A stretch of 62,602 nucleotides of DNA, the filler included, from Choristocarpus tenellus KU-1152 (taxonomy: Eukaryota; Protista; Phaeophyceae): NCBI GenBank assembly GCA_964200185.2. It is 9 parts of 9 records of this genome, joined end to end, with 100 filler letters (N's around TTAATTAATTAA, not from the genome) between each part and the next. Parts side by side here need not be neighbours in the genome. Positions count along the whole stretch, not along the records: positions 52,817 to 59,272 come from CAXNAD020008109.1; positions 59,373 to 62,602 come from CAXNAD020021392.1; 7 more parts are not named here. One strand, 5' to 3'. The notes under the pieces are model-generated. The model worked only from the letters and a program-made list of their open reading frames with translations. It did no database searches and was not told the DNA's origin. Of this stretch, positions 53,667 through 62,602 are shown piece after piece (the first letter of the stretch is position 1; each line of letters opens with the position of its first letter). The translations under genes and the position numbers were made by a program.

Positions 53667-53990
53667 GAGCCACAAAGCATTTAAAGGGGGTAGGGACTGT
53701 GTCCGTTTTGGGGTCCAAAATCCAATGTTGTATTTTTTTTTAAATATAACTCTTGCTTTCGTGTGTTTTAGGGTTAGGGTTAGCAAGTATCAACACCATC
53801 GCTCCGGACACACCTCTCATGGCCGTATCCTTATTTTCCTACTCTGAAACGTTTTTCTTTTTCCGAAAACCGAAAAAAGGGCATAAAAATAAAAATAAAA
53901 ATAAAACGTGGGAGGCAAAGCAAAGGAAAAAAAAAGGAGCAAAAGACAAATAGTAGGGCAAAATTCCTACCCTCTTACATGCTTTGGGTC
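53667..53990 (-). mobile_element. MITE family A variant, TSD TCA
   Basis: Inverted termini CAAAGCATTTAA / TTACATGCTTTGGGTC, TCA at 53664-53666 and 53991-53993. Reverse homolog of 21563-21818. Confidence 0.8.
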
Positions 53991-54035
53991 TCATTCATAT
54001 TGCCGGCTTTTTGAAAATCTTGGATCTCCTGCAGA

Positions 54036-54066
<31 letters not shown>

Positions 54067-54177
54067 GAAGTATAAAAACAGCATGGCGGTTACATCTACA
54101 TGTATAAATGCAAACAAAAACATGATAAGCACTGTAGAGGAAAGGAAATACCACTCCATTCTCCCCTTACGAACTAC

Positions 54178-54535
54178 CACTTGTATAGGAATAGTAATAA
54201 TAATAGTAATAATAATAATAGTAATAATAATGATGATGATAATAATAGTAATAATAATAATAAACACTTGTATAGGAATAGTATCGTGTACCATGTCAAC
54301 AGTCACCACAGGTGTGCAGAGAACCCTCTAAAAAAAATTTAATAATAATAGTAATAATAATGATGATGATAATAATAGTAATAATAATGATGATGATAAT
54401 AATAGTAATAATAATAATAAACACTTGTATAGGAATAGTATTGTGTACCATGTCAACAGTCACGAAAGGTGTGCAGAGAACCCTCAAAAATAATAATAAT
54501 AGTAATAATAATGATAATAATAGTAATAATAACAA
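54178..54535 (+). repeat. Compound tandem repeat: ~65-bp core + (AAT/GAT)n spacer, two full and one partial unit
   Basis: CACTTGTATAGGAATAGTA recurs at ~54178, 54264 and 54422; the core ends GGTGTGCAGAGAACCCTC twice. Confidence 0.9.
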
Positions 54536-54610
54536 TGGTGGACAATACTTACACAACAAAGGTTCAGGTAGAATAATTATATCTCAAGACATCCTACCGG
54601 CTTGGAAAAA

Positions 54611-54647
<37 letters not shown>

Positions 54648-55025
54648 CATACGTGCATATGGGCTATTTTATTGCCTAATTATACGTCTTGTGTTTTAGA
54701 ATATTGCATCTTGCTCCCCCCCCCCCCCCCCCTCCCCCGACACTGACATGACCCGTGCATTGAAATTTTCGAAGTAGATAAGGTCTCGAGGCAGGCTCTC
54801 CTCTTTCCAGGTGTTCATTGGTATTAAGTGAGGGGAGGCATTCACGGTACTCCCAAAGTGTGGACTTTTAGGACAAAGCTGCAATGATCAGTTTATCCTC
54901 TGATAGTGGAGTGGCCGTGGTGAGGCAGGAATGGGCGGAGATCAGTCAGTTGAATTCAACGCCAACCCTAACCCTAACGCTAGAGAGAGAACGCAAAGAA
55001 GAGTCTTTTACCTTGAAATCACTCA

Positions 55026-55229
55026 GGGTCCGAAGTATCTTGGGGGGGTGGGTGGTGGCTGTCTATTTGGGGTCAATTTTTTTCATGTCGCGATTTTTGT
55101 GTGATTTGGTTGCATACGTCGAATGGATAATGTAAGTGCACTTTTCCTGGTTTTGGTCTAAATGGAGACCTTGGTGTAGACCCCCCCCCCCCCCCTCCCC
55201 CCTCCCCCCTCCCCAGATACTTTGTGTCT
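55026..55229 (+). mobile_element. MITE family C, near-full copy
   Basis: Ends GAAGTATCTTGGGGG / CCCCAGATACTTTG; matches 38674-38807 and 42532-42606. Confidence 0.75.
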
Positions 55230-55888
55230 CAGACGGAACAAAAAAAAAATGAAGAGTGAAACTGTGGGTGTAGTTTGGTTCAATACGTGATGGAGTGGAT
55301 GTGCACGACGGTTCAGAAATTTCTTGAAGGAAAAAAATAATAATTGACTAAATCCGTACCGAATACTTCAGACTAGATTTGATACAGCATGGACTGATCA
55401 TGTGTTGATTTGAAGCTGAAAGGGGCTTTTGCACGTTGAAGAAGGGTCAGACAAAGGCAACAACAGGAATAATAGCATGGGTTTAAAAGCCGAAATTCCA
55501 TATTAATGCAGCGGGAGGGGGTGGATTTTGACCATCTTGCTGTGTGGGGGCATATTGCTTATGTGATGCCTGACACCTTGTTTTCATTGCACAAGTTCAG
55601 GTAACCCCCATTAGGAGTCCGTAAGTGTAGAAGAATATACCCTGCGGATGGGCTTCTCGTCCTAGGATTGGAGGATGTAGGGAAATAGAGATGGGAATCA
55701 GAAAACAGACAAAGAAACACAATTTAACAACAAAGGTACCCCCACCCCCCCCCCCCCCCCCCGACACCCCTAGGATACTTTGACTCTCCAAAAAATATCA
55801 AGAAGAGCAGAGTGGGAACCCCAAAAGCAACTCAGAATAGAGCTATCACCACCGGCCCTAACCCTCCCTTCCTGCCCTCCCGGATTGT

Positions 55889-56155
55889 ATGTCCGCGGTA
55901 TTGGGATTTGCAAAGGAAGAGCATCTGATCAACCCTTCACAGCAACGCAGTGGTCAGCATGAGGACAGGGCCATGGGTAGTGATGGGGGAACCTACGGGT
56001 GCAGAGCAGCAGGGGGTGCAGGAGGGGCAGAGATCGGTGGGGGCACAGGCAATGCAGGTAGGGGCAGGCCTGGTTTAGGGAGAGCAGATAGCGGAGCTTC
56101 ATCAACGCTGGGAAGGAAGGATTCGGGTATGAAGGAAAGCAGCAGGGACTGGAAG
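55889..56155 (+). CDS. Gly-rich exon of an unidentified gene (start at ATG 55889 or at an acceptor near 55916)
   Basis: GC-rich open frame ...RADSGASSTLGRKDSGMKESSRDWK ending AAG|gtgaga. Confidence 0.55.
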
Positions 56156-56159
56156 GTGA

Positions 56160-56441
56160 GAGTCAAAGTAAATATCTTGGAGGGTAGGGGCGCGTCCATT
56201 TTGGGGGTCGAAATCCAAGGTTGTGATTTTGATGTAATTTTGGCCATCGTGTTTGTTATCAGGAAGTTTCAATATCCTTGTTCCAGACACTCCTTTTCAT
56301 AACGTACATATTTTACCTACTCTGAAACATTTCGGACTAGGAAGTAGGAAGTAGGAAAATGTACAAAAAAAAAACGTGGGAAGTCAAGCCCCAAACGGAA
56401 AAAGCAGGGCAAAACTCGTACCCTCTAAGATACTTTCACTC
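56160..56441 (-). mobile_element. MITE family A, TSD TGA, inserted in a splice donor
   Basis: TIRs intact, TGA at 56157-56159 and 56442-56444. Confidence 0.9.
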
Positions 56442-57075
56442 TGAAATCTTGTAGGTGAACTAGTACGATGGTTGAGAGGGGGGATGAAAGAGATTGTGTG
56501 TTTGAGGGAATAAGGCGGAGGAGCAAGATCGATCAATTCTGCCTCCTTTTTTCTGCAGTCAACAAGAGCAAGGAAATTTCAGAGACTCACTGTTTCATAT
56601 TATCTACGTTGTGCATTTTGCCCTTCAAAATGGTAGACCTATTCAAGTTGACAATGTGTCAATGCTAAGCAATAAGGTGTGGCTTGCATGATTATATCTT
56701 CCACTCTTGTGCATTGTGCACATGCGCATTTTACCTACAATGTAGCGGACTAGGGCTCATATTCAAGGTATGTACAGCCTTGAAGTGCGGCACTAGCATG
56801 CTAAAGACTGACCTGGTAAGAGAGGGTTGAAGACAAGGTGAGTGACTTGGAAAGATCTACTTAGAAGTAATATTACAACCTTGCAATTAGGAATGATAAA
56901 TCGTGGGTGATTTTCAGGACGTTTCTATAGGCAGGCAAATTAAAATGGTCCAGTCTGCCAGACGGACCAGTCCTTCAATTATTTTAAATGTCTCGGTCCT
57001 TGTCAACTAGTTCCTGATCCAGCCAAACATTCTCTAACATGTCCGGACCATGTCCATCGGGTATTGTACCAGTCC

Positions 57076-57337
57076 GAGTCAAAGTACCTTAGAGGGTAGA
57101 GCCGCGTCCGTTTGGGGGCCAAAATCCAATGTTCCAATTTTGATGTAATTTTGGCTATCGTGTTTGTTAGGAAGCATCAATGTCCTTGTTCTGGACGCAC
57201 CTTCTCATCATGTATACATTTTACCTACTCCGAAACATTTCGGATTATTAGGAAAATGCCATAAAAAGACTCGTAGGGAGCCAAGCCCCAAACGGACAAA
57301 CAGGGCAAAACTCGTACCCTCTAAGATACTTTCACTC
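57076..57337 (-). mobile_element. MITE family A, TSD TCC
   Basis: Near-perfect 23-bp TIRs, TCC at 57073-57075 and 57338-57340. Confidence 0.92.
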
Positions 57338-57533
57338 TCCATGTCTGCCAACGGGACTGTGTCTAGCATTCTCTAACATGCCCACACCATGTCCACTGGG
57401 AAATTGTACCAGTCTGCGTCCTTAGGCTGGCCAGTCTAACTTTTCTCATGCATGTCTGGACCATGTCTACTACATGTTGTAATAGTCGACGATGAAAAAT
57501 GCGTACATGTCAAAGGCTTGGATATACTCCATA

Positions 57534-59042
57534 CTCCCTCTGTCCCATAAGTCTGGGCCGTTAAGTTGTAGCTCTTCATAATGACCTCCGATTACAAAAA
57601 CGGACTTCTTTGTTGAATTCCTTGGACTATTTTAGATTGAAAACTAAATGTCAAAGAATTCTACAAAGAACTATTTCTGAAATGGTTCAGAAAGAGTGGA
57701 ACACAAAATGGGGCATATTCTTATCATCTTTTAATGTTCCTGCTGCAGCGTGGAACCACACAACACTCTCACGACCCCCATGGAGAGCTCCCACAGCCTA
57801 CCGTCCCCGGCACGAAGCCCACCGTCTCAGGGAAATAACTGCTAGCTGACCAAGGAAGGTCGGACCACACTTGATTTGCGTTACAAGCCGACTCTCCTCT
57901 GGGTCACGAGAGACTCCAGAGGGGTGTGGGGTCTAACATTGGCCAAAGAGTTTGGAGCGGAAGAGAGACACCCTAGACGGGTGTGGGCACACATCAAAGA
58001 ACAGTTAGACAGGGGGATTGCCGCCTCCCAGAAATCACAGGCACAATCTGGACGGCGGCCTTTGGACTTTACGCCAATGAAACAAGTGAATATCTGGGAA
58101 ATGAATGCCAGTAATCGCATGCTGACTATCGACCAACTTTCCGCCAACCTCACTGAAGCGAGTCTCACAGTCGGCAACTCAAAGCTTCATTGCTGGCTCG
58201 AAGCCATAGGGGCAACGAGGGTTCAGCAGCATGTCACCCCTAGCCTTTCGTTTTCTCACAAGAAGAGCAGGGTGGGCTTCATCCTCGGCCAGATCTCCTG
58301 CAACTTCAAAACCTACAGCACTGGCGTCAACAACATTCACATCAACAAGGTGTGGTTCTACCTCATCCGCAAACGAGAGAGGGTGTGCGTGTTCCTAGGG
58401 GAGGAAAAGGTGGGCTCAACAAAGGTGCAGCACAAGAGTTACATTCCCAAAGTGATGTCCATCTCCGCCATTTCGCGCCTGGATCTTCCCATGATTTCGA
58501 CAGAAAGGTTGGAATCTGGTGGGTTTGCGTCACAAAGGAGGTGCAACAGACTACAGTGCAGCACACAAAGGGTGAGGAGTATGAGTTCAATGTCATCGTC
58601 GGCGCCAAGTTGTACCTGGAGTGGTACACAGTGCAGCTGTTGCCAGTGATCAAGGAAAAAATGCCGTGGCTGGAATCGGGATGGGCCTCCATACAGCAGG
58701 ATGGCGTGACCCCGCATACGACCAAGGGCACAGTGCAGAAGCTGAATGCAGCAGGGATGGAGGAGAGATGGACATTATGCTCATGACACAGTCAGCACAG
58801 TTGCCGGGGTCTCAACATCAATCGCTTGGGGGGGGTTGCATCTCTGAAGAGCAGGATTTGGGCGTAGCATTATGGCACCATTGATGACTTGTAGAGGGGG
58901 TTTCAAGCATGTTCCATGCGTACGCACAGACACGCTTGAGAGGGTGTCGCAAAGTCTGTTTAAGAGGTACAATCAGGTGTTAAGGCGCTGGGGGGGAAAC
59001 GATTTCGAGGTAGAGCACACTGGGACGAAAGAAAGGCAGTGA
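57534..59042 (+). mobile_element. Decayed Tc1/mariner DNA transposon, plant-mariner (DD39D/Stowaway-partner)-like, with transposase pseudogene (~57780-59042)
   Basis: TA + CTCCCTCTGTCCC left TIR. Motifs IHINKVWFYL (cf. IHIDEKWF), KSYIPKVM, FDRKVGIW, IQQDGVTPH and GGNDFEVEH. Frameshifts, and the first catalytic Asp is lost. Confidence 0.88.
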
Positions 59043-59272
59043 GTGAAACTATCTTAGAGGGTACAAATTTTTCCCTGTTTGTCCATTTGTGGGGCTTGAC
59101 TTCCCATGGGTATTTTTATGATAATTTCCGACTCCAAAATGTTTCGTAGTAGGTAAAATGTAGATGTATACATTTGTGGGGCTTGACTTCCCATGGGTAT
59201 TTTTATGACATTTTCCGACTCCAAAATGTTTCGTAGTAGGTAAAATGTATACATTATGAAAGGTGTATCCAA
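59041..59272 (+). mobile_element. MITE family A with internal ~87-bp tandem duplication, truncated by contig end
   Basis: Left TIR GAGTGAAACTATCTTAGAGGGTAC; 59084-59170 is repeated at 59171-59251. Confidence 0.88.
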
Positions 59273-59372
59273 NNNNNNNNNNNNNNNNNNNNNNNNNNNN
59301 NNNNNNNNNNNNNNNNTTAATTAATTAANNNNNNNNNNNNNNNNNNNNNNNNNNNNNNNNNNNNNNNNNNNN

Positions 59373-61000
59373 CCCCCCACATAAGATGACCAACCAGGGC
59401 GACCCTTTCGCAACTGATTTTCAGTCACCCCCCCACCCTTCAACCCCACACAAGTTACCGCTCTCCTCAACCCAACTACACAATCATCCAACAACACCTG
59501 TTCATCATCCACTTCATACCGTGCCTTTGAGCTAGAAGATATCTACCCCACCCGAACTTGACCTCCCCTTTCGGGGTTGATTTCTCTTCTAGTTCATCCC
59601 TTTACCTCCTGCCCTGGTTGAACCCAATCCTTCCTACTCTCGGCCAGGCCCTTCGAAACCCACACTGGGTCCCTCTGATTAGCCCTGACATATACCATCA
59701 ATACACTCGACTTCCATCTCCCCTCCCTCCATATTACTAGCTCTGATACCCCATAGTTGCCAATCTCGTGCCTCCTCCTATCCTCCCCGAATACAAAGCA
59801 TCCTCCTCTGGTATCAACTTGAGTTCCTTTACTATTCTACTCGAGACACACGTTGCTTGCCCCCTTGTAGCCACCCTCCCCCTTTTCCCTGTCTACCTGT
59901 CATTAGTGGGACATCAGGGGCGGGGGGTTGTGGGAATAATTCCATAGTAGCTACTACCACCTCAAACCTCCTATACTTTCTTCACCCCTTTCTTCCCTCC
60001 ACTTCAAACCTTGTCCGCACTGCTCCCTTCTTACCCTGATCTCCTTTCGACCCTGTAAGCATTACCTCTACTTTATGTGCTTGGCGTCTATCCTCCCACC
60101 TCACTCTTTTCACTCCTCTCCTCCACACTACATCCCTCCTTACTGCCAATTCTCCGTGTCCTCCCCGCCCTTAATCTGAAGCCCAACACCGTGGTGCTCT
60201 TGCTCACAAGGAAAACGAGAAACCCACTCCTAGCCTTGTTAGTGCCTTCCTAACATTCCAGTGCAGTGCATAGTCTCTACAATCCTTCTTTATGTCAGGG
60301 GTCTCCTCTTCTTTGGCTCACTGCCTATTTTTATGTGACTCCTCTCCGTACCTTTCAGCCCTGGGTGAATCATGAGGTGTTGTGTGGAAAGTTGGGAGTT
60401 ATGAATTTATTTGTGGTGATACTGGATTGCTGAAATTCTACCCTTACTTGTGCATACTTGGTTTTCCTTACTTTTGCAACAAAACACGTAACCTCCGCTA
60501 CAGCCTTCATTCTGTCTAGTTCTCGACCCCTTGGGTCTAACCACCTACTCAATCCTCTATCTGTGCAAAACTCGGGCCATTATTCTCAAGCTATCTCATC
60601 ACACTTCTGAGTAGATGGCACAACCGATCCTCTGGCATACATGACTGCAAGGCACTCAAACACATGATCACGCCTCCCTGACCCAGGGGCTGTTCCTGCC
60701 AATCAACACAAGGACAAGCATGTTGGAGGTTAGATTGAACCTCATCCCTCTCCCATCTCGATATACCATCTGTCAAATCATTCCTCTTCCCCGCAACATG
60801 TTCTGCTGCCAATAACCCCTCCCCTGCTATCTCCAATGCCTCCATTATCCTCATCCCTGCACTCTGTTCTCTCTGGCCACCCCCATTGGCTCTCCTACTT
60901 GGTCCCACTTTCCTTCCCATGAGAATGTAATCCCTTGTCTATCCCTTCTGACCCCCCCCCTTTCCCGCTAGTCTACCCAAGCAACCCTCTTTCTAGCGTG
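59373..61000 (-). mobile_element. Decayed DIRS/Ngaro-type tyrosine-recombinase retrotransposon (RNase H end ~60591-60920; YR pseudogene ~59594-60560)
   Basis: HVAGKRNDLTDGISRW (DIRS-type RNase H end), then YR motifs GSKGDQGKKG, ALYSGRIGGGTRLA (H to Y) and, after a frameshift, REGRWKSSVLMVYVR. Confidence 0.88.
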
Positions 61001-61214
61001 GTTCCAGTGGGTACACCAGCCGAAAAATGAAGCCCCAAGGCAGACTCGTGGGACCTATGACCCACCTTTCCTCTTATATAGATTTGGAGTAAAATTGCCA
61101 CACTCAACCCAGCTAGTCTAAGGCAAATTATCCTTGGGGTATTGTATATTGCGCCGGCATAAAGTACCTTAACGTCGTTATTGGGTTCTATCACTGCAGC
61201 TATGCCTCCTCGCA

Positions 61215-61837
61215 CTTGGTACCCCAGTTCCTGGCTACCCACACACTCCTTCTATTTCTGACATGAAGCTCCCCTCTTTATTATCATTATTATATATAGT
61301 TATTCTTACTGATGGATAGGTTGGGATGGAATCTGTAATACTGAATGCTTTGACGGGTTTCAGGTGGTTTTGGTTAGGAGTTTCAGAAGTCTATCCTCCC
61401 CCCTCCCCCCCTCTGTACGTTCTTGAACTTCGCCTACCTTGGAAGGCTGTTGGAGATCAACTCCGTCCAGTTTCTGCGCCGTACCTGTATTCTCAAGTTC
61501 ACATTCCCACCCCTAGTCAGGGATCAACTCATTGCTCAAACATTGTTCATGCACTCTCCTCAGCATTGCCATGTGTAATCTGGTAGAGGCTAGTTTGGAT
61601 GGGTTGCGTAAGGGCTAGAACATGTAATGGACATGTATTAGTCTAGATCAGTCTTAGTACCCCCAATTCTTGGCTAGTCACACACTCCTTGTAATACCGA
61701 CATTAAACTCCCCTATTATTTATTATTGTTATTATTATTATTATTCACTACTTGACAGTTTGAAGTGGAGTCTGTAATACTTAATGCTTTGCCAAGGTTT
61801 CAGCTGGTTTTGATTAGGAATTTCGTAAGTATATCCT

Positions 61838-61873
<36 letters not shown>

Positions 61874-62198
61874 TAGCTATTCCCATCCCCCCCACATCCC
61901 CTGTTGTGCGTCCACGNNNNNNNNNNTCCCTCCCCCCCCCCTGCCCCCCCCCGCCCTCTGTAAGTTCTTGAACTCCTCCTACCTTGAAAGGCTGTTGGAG
62001 ATCACCTCATCCAACATCTGTGTTATTCCTGTATTCTCAATTCCACCTTCCCGCCCCTAGTCAGGTATCAATCCAATGCTCAAACATTGTTCATGCACCC
62101 TCCTCATTATTGCCTTGTGTAATCCGGTAGGGACTAGTCTGGATGGGTTCCGTAAGGACTGTAACATGTAAATGTGCATCTATTAACCTAGATCAGTC
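61215..62198. repeat. Diverged tandem duplication (units ~61215-61654 and ~61655-62198), each with an internal (TTA)n tract
   Basis: Collinear similarity over the whole unit, e.g. CTGTAATACT.AATGCTTTG, AAGGCTGTTGGAGATCA, GCTCAAACATTGTTCATGCAC, CTAGATCAGTC. Confidence 0.85.
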
Positions 62199-62602
62199 GT
62201 AGCTGCCTGTGAGTTGACTCGGGTGTGAGACCTTCATAGTTACACTGGATACTTAGGATCAGCACAGTGCGCATTTTTTCGGAGGGTTCAGGGCTCATCT
62301 AAACAAACTGCATCTCCCTAGACACTTGTATGACAATAAAATACAAGTATATATAATAATATCTTCTTTTTTTTTTAACAATGAGGGGAATGTAGCATAT
62401 TTTTCCTATATATTCCTTTCAATAGAACGTTTATTTCCACTCCTTTTGCAACTCGAACTGTGGAGACGTTCATGATCTACCATCGTATCTAATTCACCCC
62501 ATTACTGTGACCTGAATCTCCCTCCCCCCCCCCCCCCCTCATTTTTTCCTGTAAATATTTTTCCCATATTTTGGCCTATAACTTTCTTTTTCATTTTTCT
62601 TC

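Noticed and set aside
54100-54614. Ile/Met/Asn-rich ORFs and a CRISPR-like periodicity
   Set aside because: The ORFs are translations of AAT microsatellite. The spacers are low-complexity and near-identical, there are no cas genes, and the context is eukaryotic.

Overview
Eukaryotic, intron-rich draft genomic DNA, not one contiguous locus. Nine contigs are joined by an artificial 100-nt linker (44 N + TTAATTAATTAA + 44 N) at 10555, 18191, 20843, 38574, 42432, 49091, 52717 and 59273. Gene structure, TTAGGG repeats and TE types suggest a brown alga or related stramenopile (inference only). I spliced these genes by hand, with exon phases checked: a membrane RING-H2 ligase (+), an armadillo-repeat protein (+, partial, one GC-AG intron), an ELM2-domain protein (+, partial), a complete 10-exon TPR co-chaperone-like gene (+), the 3' part of an RBR E3 ligase (-), the 3' part of an ABCA transporter (-) and the 3' part of CNOT2 (+). 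Mobile DNA comprises about 15 MITE copies in four related families sharing a GAGTCAAAGTA-like terminus with mostly 3-bp TSDs, a decayed plant-type (DD39D-like) mariner, a decayed DIRS/Ngaro tyrosine-recombinase retroelement and LINE 3' fragments. I found no convincing multi-gene novel system. The best leads are: (i) an RBR ligase whose catalytic Cys sits on a frame-shifting 19-nt micro-exon, with a truncated Rcat domain; (ii) dense short interstitial TTAGGG tracts that form a 3' splice site and appear inside MITE copies; (iii) MITE insertions at a splice donor and at a stop codon; (iv) an unrecognised duplicated module behind a carboxylate-clamp TPR.
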